Positions 48,806 to 61,965 of a stretch of 64,000 bases of DNA are shown piece by piece. The position numbers and the translations under genes are program-made. This DNA comes from Chiloscyllium plagiosum (Eukaryota). The stretch covers positions 21,535,283-21,599,282 of the forward strand of contig NC_057726.1 of assembly GCF_004010195.1 (NCBI RefSeq), written 5' to 3'. The notes under the pieces are model-generated. The model was not told the origin of the DNA, ran no database searches, and saw only the letters and a list, made by a program, of their open reading frames with translations. Each line of letters begins with the position of its first letter. Positions within the stretch are counted from its first letter, which is position 1.

Positions 48806-51800
48806 ACATGCCATTGTCAAGTGTGCTTGGATATCTAACATTGTGCAGTCCTGTACACATTGTCAGCAAATCCTTCGAAAGAACTGATGGGCAAAGCAAA
48901 ACAGCTGTGTGGCAACCTTGCCAACCATTGGCAAAACTCGACAGGATATCCTATTTCAGGAAGCTGGAAAAATCAACAGTGGTTTGACATATGCGTCAAT
49001 CATATTGAGGAAGCTCAAGAATTTCTGTGTAAGGGATATTCCCTCTTTCAGAGCTGAAGCCCTTCCCCTATGGTGTGGCATATGGCATGGAGAAGACTGT
49101 TCTTGCTGTTGGTGTTACACTTGCCCCTCTTGATACTGTTTGCATTGCTGGCATGACGGTACCCATACCTCATCAAAACTCTCAGGTAGTTGGGCTCTTG
49201 AGGTGCAGCAGTAGTGTCTCTACTCTGAGGTAGGAGGCCTGGGTTCACATTCCACCTGCTCCAGAGGTGTGCTATAACAGGTCTGACCAGGTTGATTGAA
49301 TATCTGAAGTTGCATAAGTAGCCCTCTCTGCTGCAGTAAAGGCTGACAACAGGAAGCGCAGATTCAGGTTAAGTCCAAAATAGCAGAAGTTCCTCCAAAA
49401 TGTTTGCAATTACTTCAGCAGTGAAAGCATGCTCTGTGCTTCAAAATAATTTCACTTAGGCAAGGAAGCGGCAATGTAGTTTCAGTGTTTAAAAGATCTC
49501 TAGACTGTCAATTTCACAGATCTATCAAATCCCATTGTACTCTTTTCTTGTTAACCCTCGTGGGTTTCAGACAGCTTGAGAAACCCATAGTGTGCTTGCA
49601 AGTGTTTTGCACATTTAAATATCAGTGTCCGTCCTGATACTAGTTCAATATAAAAATGAATGGTTATGTCGGTGTATGCTGTCATTTTTAATGCTTTTAC
49701 ATATGCTGTTGCACATACCAACACCATCTAAGTCATTTCAAATATCACTACTGCTTTTTTATATTGACCTCCATTTTGAAATCACACAAAGAGCTGTTCA
49801 TTGCAGATGCACAATAACCTGGCTTAAAAACTAACAACTCCTCTACACTTGAATATATCAAATTTTAGTTCAATTATCAGGGATTCCAATGAAGCATAAA
49901 AATGTTCGCTTACCTGCAGACTCTCAGCCTCAGAATGAAATCATATGGTCTCCATAGCTTTATACAGTGTATCTTGGAGTCCAGAAATCAACTATGCTTT
50001 CCCTGAACTCCACCAAATACAGCTACAATACTCCATTCATAGATATTCTTAGAAATTATAAAGTGGTGATTAGCAATAAAGGTACAATTATAAAGGAAGC
50101 CAGTGAGAAATGAAGTTTCAGTTGACAAGGTTGAACATGTATCTCCCAAGAGAGAACCTGTGGACTATCAAATGGAATGCTGAGGTTGAATAGGACGAGT
50201 GAAGAGGATCTCTTGGCAGCACTTAGAAAGACAGTGTAGTCACTGGGTGAATGATATTTTGAATTTGAGCTGTGCTATAAGCCAAATAATAAAATTATGA
50301 CACTAGGAAAGTGTGCTAAGGTTTGTTGAGAGACTTACCAGGGAAATACTGTCACTGCAACCCTTCAACACAATTTCTCATATTATTCTTAGTGTTATTT
50401 GTTAGGTGTCCAGAGAAATGGCAAGCAACTACAAGGTTAGCAACTTATCAGTCAGCATGGTCAAATAGATGAGAACTGATGAAACGCCTTATTGCAGGGA
50501 TAAGGGAGTGACAATAAAGGCAACAAGGATTGTTAATGAAGAAGTTTATTGTGCTACATTCCAGGTGAATGAACAGGTCAGCCAAAGTAACGAACAGTCA
50601 AGCAATATCTTGAAGCTTGACACTTATAGATAAATGGTTTGTAGGGAATGAGGATTGATCTTCCTGGGGAAGGCTGCAGACATTTAAGTCAAATTGCCTG
50701 GCTAAGTGTAGCTCACTGATTCATCATCCCTTACACAGATCCAGAAGACTCACTCTGGACCTATAAACGTTACAGACTCGGTGAGGTTGCCTTATGTAGC
50801 CCATCCACAGCATTTATGTTCAGAGAAAGGTCCCGATGTTGCTGCATTAGAAGTTGAGTTGGTACTCCACCTACTCTCCATGCAGCCGGATTGAGTGAGG
50901 AAGAGATGGTACCTGCCATAACCAGTGTGTGTACGGAGTTAAGCAGAGCTCTCAATCGTTTACAATATATTCAATATCATCAGGGTACTCACATCATTAC
51001 AGAATTCCAAACAGCTTGCACCTCACATTACTGAGTAAACTGTGTGATAAATATTTTGACAGATGGGGTTCAAGTAGGAACAGAAATATCTTGGTCAATG
51101 AAATATTAGCTTTTCTCCTATCCTACTCTCACTGTGTAGCTAGAGTTAAAATCCTCTTCTTCTGTGCCTACTGAAAAAAGACAATTATCCAGGAAGGAAT
51201 ACAAAAAAGATACTTTTCAAAACATTCTTAAAATGAATAATAAGCTATTTATTGTGCTCTAAACCAATCTCAAATGACTTATGATTGATTCACTTGGCCT
51301 GCATTTACTTAATATTCCATTTGTACTGTACTTGTCACATAGTTCTGAACATGCTGATGAATAAATATTCTATTAATTTCATTTTCTCTTCAATTTTATC
51401 CCTCCTCTCCTAAATGCATTGATTCTGTAGTCTCTGGTTCCTCTGCCAAGTGCCCATTATTAATGCATGAGCCTTGGTGGTGACTGTCAGCAAGCTATTC
51501 AAATGTAGGCGGAGAAACATTACTGACAAGCCCTATTCTGTCCATGTCTGATCTCCACAAGCACATGAATCCGCAAGAGGCCACTGAATTGAAATCAAAA
51601 ATGGTAGAGCCATATAAATTAATTTAAAATTGCCTCCAGTTAGCTACAAAATTCTTTTATCACAGTCTCATAGGAGTGAAACAACATGTAAGGCTGTCTG
51701 GAGGTAAGTTTTAGCATTAAGGGAGAGATGACCAGCTTTTGATTGTGCCATTCCCTGATCAAAGACAAACTGAGTCCAGTCTGGTTGATACTTTATTTCT

Positions 51801-53852
51801 TTAAAATATTAACTTGCGTAAATTCATTCCACATTAAAATAGTTTGTATTGTGATCAAGACTCAAGTAAAAGACTCTGCCGACAGGCTAAAATATGCTGA
51901 TCACATTTCATCTACTTGATTGGTAGAAATGATTAATATTCTGGTTCCCCATCAGTTGGAAACAACTCTGTAAAATGTACCTCCCGACACTTCAAAAGGC
52001 TTCAGCACTGTATTAGTTAGTTCTTAATTTATTGGAACAATTGCAAGGAGCTCCATAGAGATTTCATCACTAAACAAATTGTGAGTGTAAAAAAAATTGA
52101 AGGAAGAGTCAGAACTCCCTATTGCCTGGGAATCAAGTTTAAATATTGATTCAGGTTTCACAACAGCGACAAAAGTGAAATATTGGAGCATTTGCCATCA
52201 TTCCACCAGTCAAGCTGACAGTGAGATTGGGAGTCCACAGATGAAGTGAAAAGCAGAAATCCTGAAGTCACTGCCAGTGATTCTCCATTTGTCCAAAGGG
52301 CGTGTTACTGGGATGTCTGGAACACAATCAGTTAGAAATCACTGAACTAATGAGAATTTCTACTGCCATTAACCTTGCTGTGAAATCACATGCAAAAGTC
52401 ACACCTTGTTGAATGCAGTCTGAATCAGTTTTTAACAGCATATGAACTTCACAATTGGTACTAAAGACCTGTCAAGTTTTTTTTAGGCCTTGCAAGCCTA
52501 TATAGAGAATTTTGGAGCCCATTTACAATAAATCCAGGTTAAAACCAATTCTGTTCTATTAGGGGATTTTCTTTTTTCTTTTTACAACACATGCAGTTGT
52601 TCTGAGCACTTTCGTTTCTTGCTGGGCATCCTTCTATGAATAAATAATTATCTCCCTTGCCCACCAAAGTTATTGCTATATTTGGCCATGCTGTCAGCCT
52701 GCTAACTCACTGCCTTGGCAAAGATAGTAAAAGGTTTCATCAGGTTCACTTTCATTCTATTTATGTCCAATTCCTTAATCATCTCACATAGTAGCACTAT
52801 AAATACATTGTATCTTTGAGCACCGTGGGAATGTGGTGATTTTTAACAAAAGATTTTGGGAAAAAAAGCCACATGAGAAGGATGTGTGCATTGTTGAGCG
52901 TGACCTTCATTGTTCAATGTCACTGCATCTTTCACAAGGTGAATCTGGACTATAGAAAAAGATCCATGCACCTTATTTTAGATTGAAATGCACCTTTAGA
53001 TTATAAGTACAAACAATAAATTGAATTTAGTGAACTCCAAATAAGCACAAACAAGCAGAATTTTGGTCCAAGCATAATATTTCACTGAACAATTTCCCAT
53101 TCATTCTTATTAGAGAGAGTTACTAAGTTTGGAATTTTTAAAAAAGGCAAACAGCATAAAGCAATCCCACAAAATTGTTTGTCCTATTTTAATGTCCTCC
53201 AGCTGAACAAGTCAATGAGAGGCAAAATTCACCAAATTAGACGGAACACATTTAAGTAGTCTTTGGCGATTTTTGAATAACTTTAATGCTGTGACTCCGT
53301 AGCGAGCAATCTCAGGCAGCAGTCAGCAGTACCATATTTGGACAGCCCAGAAGCATATCTAGCTGTCACAGCTAAAAGGGACCTCTGTAAACACATACCT
53401 GTGTGCATCACATGGCACTTCTGTGTCAGCCAATAAACTACATTTTCTCTAAGCACAGGTGGGAATATCCACACATTCAAATGTTTAAACAGCTTTATTT
53501 TTCCAAGCTCTCGGTCAAACAATTTCAAGCAGATCACTTAAACATTTTTTTAAAATTTCAACCCAACGTTACTCGAGTTGTACTCTTTGCGGTGTCAATC
53601 AAATGGTGTCTCTCAGGAGCTCACAAATGACTGTGTTCAAAAACCAAGCCAATAGGAAAGGAAAAAAGTGTTAAGCGTTTTTTAAGAAGTTGTGCAACCA
53701 ACCATGACATTATTTCTAACCACAAAGAATGAGCTTTTAAGAAAGAATGAGAGATCTGACCAACTGAATTGATCAGAGTGCAGTGAACTTGTAAGAATTT
53801 AAGATTTCAGACATGTCCCCTCCTAAATGTTAACCTGTCTTTTGTTTTTAGA

Positions 53853-55283
53853 ATTAGACCATAAGACATAGGAGTGGAAGCAAGGTCATTCGGTCCATCA
53901 AGTCCACTCTGCCATTTAATCATGGCTGATGGGCATTTCAATTCCACTTACCCGCACTCTCCCCGTAGCCCTTAATTCCTTGCGAGATCAACAATTTATC
54001 AATCTCTGCCTTGAAGACACCCAATGTCCCGGCCTCCACTGCAATTCGTGTCAATGAATTCCACAGGCCCACCACTCTCTGGCTGAAGAAATGTCTCCTC
54101 ATTTCCATTCTAAATTGATCCCCTCTAATTTTAAGGCTGTGCCCACGGGTCCTAGTCTCCCCGCCTAACGGAAACAACTTCCCAGCTTCCACCCTTTTTA
54201 AGCCATGCATTACCTTGTCAGTTTCTATTAGATCTCCCCTCAGCCTTCTAAACTCTAATGAATACAATCCCAGGACCCTCAGCCATTCATCATATGTTAG
54301 GCCTACCATTCCAGGGATCATCAATGTGAATCTCTGCTGGACACGCGCCAGTATGTCCTTCCTGAGGTGTGGGGCCCAAACTTGGACACAGTATTCTAAA
54401 TGAGGCCCAACTAGAGCTTTATAAAGTCTCAGAAGCACGTTGCTGCTTTTATATTCCAACCTTCTTGAGATAAATGACAACATTACATTTGCTTTCTTAA
54501 TCATGGACTCAACCTGCAAATCAACCTTTAGAGAATCCTGGACTAGCATTCCCAGACCCCTTTGTGCTTTAGCTTTATGAATTCTCTCACTGTTTAAAAA
54601 ATAGTGAATGCCTGTATTCTCTTTTCCAAAGTGCACGACCTCGCACTTGCTCACATTGAATTTCATCAGCCATTTATTGGACCAGTCTCCTAAATTGTCT
54701 AAATCTTTCTGCAGCCTCCCCACCTCCTCAGAACTACCTGCCTGTCCACCTAACTTTATATCATCGGCGAAATTCACCCAGAATGTCCCCAAATCATCCA
54801 GATCATTAATATATAAAGTGAACAGCTGCGGCCCCAACACTGAACCTGGCGGGAACCCACTTGTCACCAGCTGCCATTATGAAAAAGAACCTTTTATCCC
54901 AACTCTCTGCCTTCTATCAGGCAGCCAATTCCCAATCCATGCCAGTAATTCACCTCGAACACCATGGGCCCTCACCTTACTCAGCAGCCTCCTGTGAGGC
55001 ACCTTATCAAAAGCCATTTGGAAAACTAGATAGACAACATCCACTGGGTTTCCCTGATCTAACCTATTTGTTACCTCTTCAAATAATTCTGACACGTTTA
55101 ACAGGCACAACCGCCCCTTACTAAATCCATGCTGACCTGTTCTGATCCGACCCTGCACTTCCAAGAATTTACAAAACTCATCCTTAATGGTGGATTCTAA
55201 AATTTTACCAACAACTGAGGTTAGGCTAAATGGCCTATAATTTTCCAACTTTTGTCTGGATCCTTTTTTGAACAAAGGGGTCA
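53853..55283 (-). mobile_element. 5'-truncated CR1 LINE with nearly intact RT region
   Basis: ORFs 54877-55314 and 53938-54867 are in the same frame, separated by one TAA. Motifs TPLFKKG..ENYRPFSLTSVVGKILE, QHGF, AFDKVPH, SGFPPGSVLGPQLF, FADDIKL and PHLEYCVQ. 3' tail near 53853. Confidence 0.95.
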
Positions 55284-55540
55284 TGAACAAGAATTCATGT
55301 CTGAATGCTTTCAAACAACTGTAGGGAAGAAATTGAATCTCATTGTTAAGTCTGCTGATATCTTTAAGGTTAGAAGAGACAGGTGATAACTATTAATTGT
55401 TTGAGTATATACACATCTGGGTTACAGCTCTCATGGTGCAGTGATAGCGCTCCTATCTCTGGGACAGAAGGCCCATGTTCAAGTCCCACCTGCTCTGGTG
55501 GTGTGTAATAGCAGACCTGGGCAGATTTATTTAAAATAAC

Positions 55541-55760
55541 CACCTTGTGGGTCTGCTCTTGGCCTTGGCCAGGCTGGCTATAAACAGGTCCAGACAGCGG
55601 GCTGTGAGGGAAGTCACCTCTGCCGATTGCTTGCCTCTCTTCAGCGGTTATGTTTGTGTCTGGGTGTCCTTGGAGAGGGAGCATACTTGTCCATCAATCT
55701 TCTCAATGTCTTGAGAGAGAGGCATAGGCACCTTGGGGGCTACAGTGCTTTATTTCTCCA
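55541..55760 (+). mobile_element. L1-Tx1 LINE ORF2 C-terminal fragment
   Basis: Translates HLVGLLLALARLAINRSRQRAVREVTSADCLPLFSGYVCVWVSLEREH, which I recognise as Tx1-type (LLLGLAKLAI..SR...LF...V..RV.LE). Confidence 0.7.
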
Positions 55761-56729
55761 TCCAACACCAATTGGATTTAGCTTTTTTCCACTCTCCATA
55801 ACTCTCTAATTCCCTGTAACCAACCTTGCGTGTAAATATCAAGTTGGTTACATGAGTGGTTTACTGGTCATGATTAATGGTTAAGAAAAAGGTCATGGTG
55901 ATTTGGTGGGGAGAGATAACCATTCGTTTGTGTGTGATAGCTCTTCTAGATATTAAAAATAATAGTCCACCTCCAGGTTTCCTTGGTTGGGGCACCGGTT
56001 GCCTTTGTGTCAATAGTTCTGTCAATTAATTCTTGCCCTTTTGTTGTTTCAAAAAGCTCCATCTAATTAATCTGATGGTGGCTGTGCAACCATGACAACA
56101 TGGACATACAAGGATAACAGCTTGATTTATCGTCAGTTTAAAATAAAAATCAACTAATGACCAAAATATTTTCCTTTGGAAAAGATTGCTGTAGCATTCT
56201 TCCTAAACACCACAAATACATCTTCTTAACAGTTTTTGAAATAAATGCCTCTATGCTCCTTCCTCATCTCTCTTGCACCTTCATTTTCATTGCAATTAAT
56301 TATTTAATGACTATAATCTCACCATATCTCATGTGTCTCGATAGATAATGTAGTGCTTTCCATTTTAAGCAGGAACCTGCTCAATTATAAGCTGAAATGA
56401 AGTTAAATGATCATAGAAAAATTCAGTAAATTGTTTGCACATATAAATGCAGTATGAAACCACTTAAATATTTAGTACTAAAAAATTCAGGCCTTGTTCC
56501 ATATTCATAAGTGTAAATTTTCTTTATATTTCGAGTAGTTTTTTGAAATCTAACTGATACTGCAGTGGGCTGGATTTGCATTTTTTAGTAAAAGTTCCCA
56601 TTGTTCTTGATCTATATTTTAAAAAGCTTTCTTGCTGTCTGTTGAAGACCACCATCTGGTACACTAAATGAATAGTGATGGCATCATCATATCACTTAGC
56701 CAGAGTCATAAACAGACTTTCAATGTTCA

Positions 56730-56916
56730 AAACATAGAAACAAATTACTGCAGAGGCTGGAATCTGTACTGAAAACAACAAAGGCTAGAGATCACAGCAG
56801 GTCAGGCAGCATCCATGGAGAGAGAGCAAGCTAATATTTCAAGTCTGGATGACTCTTCATCAAAGAGGAAGTGAAATATGAAAGGGGCAGCAATTAAATA
56901 TGTTTACATTTGTTGG
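56730..56916 (-). mobile_element. PLE pLTR insertion (another family) with 12-bp TSD
   Basis: TSD tttcaatgttca at 56718-56729 and 56917-56928. Minus strand TTGATGA-A-GAGTC-ATCCA-GACTT-GAAA-TA-TT is a decayed hammerhead. Confidence 0.8.
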
Positions 56917-57755
56917 TTTCAATGTTCACAACTTGAATTTGCACAATTTAAATGTGCTTCAGCTACTGAAGGAAGAGTTGCAGGTTTTCAGGGTTTCCAT
57001 ACCCATCAGACCACACAAAGTACTCCACACCCAATTAAGTATAAAGACCTATTAAAACATAGTCACTACTGTACTGTCGGCAACACAGCAGGCAGATTGT
57101 GCACCACCAAGTTCCCAGCAACAGCAAATGATAATGAACAGAAAGCTTCTTTCCTGATGTGAAATGTGGGATGAATATTGGTTTAGTTAATTCCCTGCTC
57201 ATCTTCAAAATAGAAGCTTTCATGGATTCATTGGGGTGGTGCACTGGAAACCAAGCCCCAGTATTCCTCGAGTCATCATAAATGTGAAAATATTGAATAT
57301 TTCATCCCCAATTTCTTGTCAAAATGAGATTAAAAGAAATCATTCATCAACAAGAACAAGTACTTAACAAGAACACAGCGACTTATTGCAAACAGATAGT
57401 TTTCAACTGATAAAAGAAAAGGAACACAAATTCCTCACTTATAACTTTCAGTAACTTACTCTACTACTTTTTAAAATGCCGAGACACAAACCAACAGACA
57501 CACAGTGACAAGACAAAGCAAAAATAATGGATTGAGAAGGAACATGAGAAAGGTCAGTGAAGCACAGATCTGGCCTCATTCCAGTTCTGGCAATACGCCA
57601 GGTTACAACCAATGAGATGTTTTCCTTCCCCTTAAGATTTCCTGAGAGGACAAAAGATGTGGACACATCGGTTCTCAGTCTTTCATTCACAGGTTGACGA
57701 TTTGTCTTCTCAGGATCTCCGAAGGTGTTTTCTTCCTTTCTTATGGTGCATAACA

Positions 57756-58060
57756 GTACAGCAAAGGAACAGGCCCTTCAGCCCACCATGTCTATGCTAT
57801 TCCAAACTAATCCCATCTGTGTCCATAAGGTCCGTACCCCTCTTACGTCCTGCCTATCTAAAAGCTACTGTGTCTGCTTCTACCCACCTCCCCGGGCAGT
57901 GCATTCCAGTCAACAACACCTTCTGAAAATCCTCCATCGAACTTCTTCTTTAAACTCTTTCTGTCTCACCTTAAATTTATGCCTCCTATTATTTGACATT
58001 TGCACCCTGAGGAAAAGAGTCTGACTACTCACCCTATCCATGCCTCTCAGAATTTTACCA
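57756..58060 (-). mobile_element. CR1 LINE 3' tail fragment
   Basis: ggaacaggcccttcagcccaccatg...ggcagtgcattcca...ctcaccttaaat...ccctatccatgcctctc. Confidence 0.75.
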
Positions 58061-58479
58061 ATAGCAAATGTTTTATTAATCAGCACCTATGGGACCAGGA
58101 TGTGCCTATTGATCAAATATTCTGGCTAATCAAGAGGTTCATGTAATCAATATAAAAACATGCATTCAGTGATAGAAACATAATGCAGGGGGTATACTGT
58201 TATATTTTAGCTACAGCATAAATCACAAATAATAATGCAACTTTATTTTAAATAAATCTTCCCAGTAGAGAGCCATTTCACTCACACCCTCAACTGACTA
58301 AACCGACATCGCAGTAAATTGCAATATAGAGGAGAAATTGACTCAAAATTGAATCAACTATTGATATTTCATGTGGCCATTTGATTGAGCAGCAAGTATA
58401 TTTACAGAGATAAATAAATTTAAAAACTATGATAAGTGGACAGAATAATACAATAAACTTTGTGGTATTGACTATGGAG

Positions 58480-59090
58480 AAAGATATGTTTGCCTTTATT
58501 GGTTGGCACATTGAGTATCAGATTTGTGAGGTAATGTTGTGGCTGTACAGGACATTGGTTAGGCCACTGTTAGAATGCTGTGTTCAATTCTGGTTTCTGT
58601 GCTATAGGAATGATGTTGTGAAGCCTGTAAAGTTCAAAAGGTATAAAAGGATGTTGCTGAGGTTGGAGGGTTTGAGCTATAGGAAGAGGCGGAGAAGCTG
58701 GGGCTGTTTTCTGTGAAGCATCAGAGGCTGAAGAGTAACCTTACAGAAGTTTATAAAATCATGAGGGGCATAGATAGGGTGAATAGCCAAGGTCTTTTCC
58801 CTGGGGTGGGGGAGTCCAAAACTAGAGGGCGTAGGTTTAAGGCAAAAGAGAAAAGATTTGAAAGGGACCTAAGGGAAGACATTTTCCAGCAGAGGGTGGT
58901 GCGTGTTTAGAATGAGCTGCCAGAGGAAATGGTGGAGGCTGGTACAATTACAACATTTAAAAGGCATCTGGATGGGTACATGAATAGGAAGGGTTTGGAG
59001 GGTAAGGGCCAAAGGCTGGCAAATGGGACTGGCATGGACGAGTTGGACTGAAGGGTCTGTTTCTGTGCTGTGCAGCTCTATGACTCTGTT
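58480..59090 (+). mobile_element. CR1 LINE 3' fragment
   Basis: Peptides LYRTLVRPLLECCVQFW and EVYKIMRGIDRVNSQGLFPGVGESKTRG, with tail gaagggtctgtttctgtgctgt. Confidence 0.88.
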
Positions 59091-59169
59091 TGAGGTATAT
59101 AGTTCTTGTTGGTTTATCAAGAGTGCCAGTTCATAAGGTGCCAGTTGAAACAAATTTTACTGTACTTTT

Positions 59170-59985
59170 ATCAGGTTGCCAGACAATGACCCAGATCCAA
59201 GTATCTCCACTTAACATTCAATTGCATAAGCAGCAATTAAATACTGGTGCTAGAACCATCTCATTGGCTAGGGATTTGTGGCAATTAACTCTCATCCTGA
59301 CTCTGCTAAGCCTATCCACTACCTACAAGTCAGGAAAGTGATAGAATACTCCCCACTTGCCTGAATGTGTGCACTCAAGGACAAAGACGTCCACCTTGAT
59401 TAGCACCCCATCCACCATTTTCAACGTTTATTCCTTTCACCATCATCAGAGGTATGTACCAACTAAAATTTATGCTGCAGCTGCCCACCAAGGTTCCTTT
59501 GACATTCTCCCAAACCCACAATTTATACCACATATAAGGACAAAAGGTCTATATCAGTACCCAATAATGGGGTCCAGGGCACAAGAAGGCCTCTGGGTTT
59601 TTGTTGCTCGGGTGGGACCGCGGTTCACGGGTCACAGAGTAGTATTGTTCTGTTTAGGGCAGAAATGGGACCATTGAGCTTGAGTCAGGAGCAAGGCCTT
59701 GGACAAAGATCAGCACAAGAGCCTTCGATTTCTCGCGATGGACACTTGGCAGCACCGCCAAGCAAACACACCATCCTGACTTGGAACTATAATCACTGTT
59801 CCTGCACTATGTTTGTGTCAAAATCTTAGACTCCCTTCTAGACAGCAGCATGGATGCACCTACACACTAACAGTGCAGTGGTTCAAGAAATCAGCTCATC
59901 TCCATCATTCCAAGGTCATTTAGAAATGGGAATAAAATGCTGGCCCAGCCAGTGATGCCACATCCCACGAATGAATAAAACAAAG
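59170..59985 (+). mobile_element. Old CR1/L2-group LINE 3' fragment with a foreign insert at about 59548-59767
   Basis: Same family as 14930-15652 (gaatactccccacttgcctg..., 3' gctggcccagccagtgatgccacatcccacgaatgaataaaa). Confidence 0.7.
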
Positions 59986-61411
59986 TCAATCAAATTCTGA
60001 TACAAGATCATATGATACTAACATTATTAACTATTTTTTCAGGTAACTACTGCAACATATTGCATACATCAATGCACGTTACCTCCTTCACATCCAATAC
60101 TAGTAATGGCTTGCATTCCGAGTATTATTGGAATGCCCCAATTTGTGAAAGGAATTAAGTTGATTAATCATAGCTTTGTCACAGGTAGTGCAGGAAACAG
60201 TTTTTTTTTTAATTTATGAAGTGTAAACCCTGATTTCAATTCCATGGTAACTGTGAGCGAGCTGGGGTAGTGAGTTTTTCACTTGGGGTGTTCACTAAAA
60301 TGTGAAAAATCCTGAAGTGAGGACAGTGCAATTGTCAATGTCTTTTCAACTCACCCAAAAAGGAAAAACAGGCAGACCTGGCATTTTGATTTGACTTGTC
60401 TGGTGCATCTCAAACTAAAAATCCACTACGACCAACATGTTCATTTCCAAGTATTAGTGTTTTTTTTCACTGTTCATTCTGAGCAGACCCATCATTGTAA
60501 TTTTTACTTCTGGCCTTGCAGTCTACTTTTCATTATTGAAAGCTTGTCATATCCATTATAGACCTTTATCTCCAGAAGAGAACTGTCGAACTAACAGTAA
60601 CGGAATTAATACCAGACACTTTGGCCATCAGACAGCTTGAGTTGATATTTGCAATCCTTCTCCAGTAACAGGGTTGAATGATTATTCACTTGTTAGAAGC
60701 GACAGGAAGAAATGTGAACTAGATAAGTCAAGCAGAAGTGCAGCAATTTGCATTAAATTTGATTTCCCATATGAAATTGTAAGACAATGTCACATTCTGG
60801 AAGCAGAAACTCTGAGTCAAATAAACCCCAAATGGGATTTATGTGCCCAGTACCATATTATTTGCTAATAATTTCCCAAAGACTGTAACAAATTTGTGAT
60901 GAACTATGCAATATCTTCAGTTACTGCCGTGAAAAGAAAGACAATGGCATCATTATTAGAGGTAAAAGGAATCAACTGGAACTAATCCTCCACCCGTTCT
61001 GCTTTCAAGCATGTTGTTGATTTCCTATCTTGCAAAATACATTTTAGCCGTAACTGAAGTACATATCCATGAAGTGTATGGGTTTCCAGGGAAACAACAT
61101 TCTAACTGTAGGACTTCATAAATACTTCAACCGATCTTTCAATGTTAAGTTAATAGTCCACCAAAATCCTTGGACACCAGATATCAAATTACATCTGCTA
61201 ATGAAATCTATCCCAGCAACATTCTTTTAAATAACATGTCCATTCATGTGTTTCACCAATGTTAAGTATGCTATGTCCAAAGGCAGGTCCCTGGCTTATT
61301 ATCCTTACATTTAATTCCAGTCTTTTAATTTGCCAATAACTTCAATTTTCAAAGTTAAAAATCACACAACACCAGGTTATAGTCCAACAGGTTTAATTGG
61401 AAGAACACTAG

Positions 61412-61509
61412 ATGTGGGCGGCATGGTGGCACAGTGGTTAGCACTGCTCGGTGTGGACTTGTTGGGCCGAAGGGCCTGTTTCCACACTGTAAAGTAATCT
61501 AATCTAAAA
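61412..61509 (+). mobile_element. Internally deleted HE1 SINE inserted in the left arm
   Basis: Head gtgggcggcatggtggcacagtggttagcactgct is fused directly to tail cggtgtggacttgttgggccgaagggcc...aatctaatcta. Confidence 0.88.
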
Positions 61510-61930
61510 TTTCGGAGTGACGCTCCTTCATCAGGTGATAGTGGAGGGCTCGATCGTAACACAGAATTTATAGCAAAAATTTACAGTGTGATGTAACTGA
61601 AATTATACATTGAAAAATTGATTGTCTGTTAAGCCTTTCATCTGTTTTCATACAGTGATAGTTTCACTTCTTTCATGTGTAAATCACAAAACCCTTTTTT
61701 TAAAGTTGCATTCTCGGGTTAGCTGTTAACAATGGTGACAGCTATTCATTGTTAACAGCTATCACCATTGTTAACAGCTAACCCAAGAATGCAACTTTAA
61801 AAAAAACTATCACTGTATTCTAACAGATGAAAGGCTTAACAGACAATCAATTTTTCAATGTATAATTTCACTTACATCACACTGTAAATTTTTGCTATAA
61901 ATTCTATGATACGATCGAGCTCTCCACTAT

Positions 61931-61965
61931 CACCTGATGAAGGAGCGTCACTCCGAAAGCTAGTG
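61931..61965 (+). ncRNA. Minimal type I hammerhead ribozyme motif (PLE type), complete
   Basis: CAC-CUGAUGA-A-GGAG-CGUCA-CUCC-GAAA-GC-UA-GUG. Stem I is CAC/GUG, stem II is GGAG/CUCC, stem III is the palindrome AGCU. Predicted cleavage after CUA (61962). Confidence 0.78.

Noticed and set aside
49905-50030. Minus-strand donor (cag|gtaagc) as another cadherin exon
   Set aside because: All three frames hit stops shortly upstream, and there are no cadherin motifs (PEN, DxNDN, LDRE).
50100-51070. Possible Gypsy RNase H/integrase remnant (FEFELCYKP)
   Set aside because: A single weak motif, with no collinear support found.
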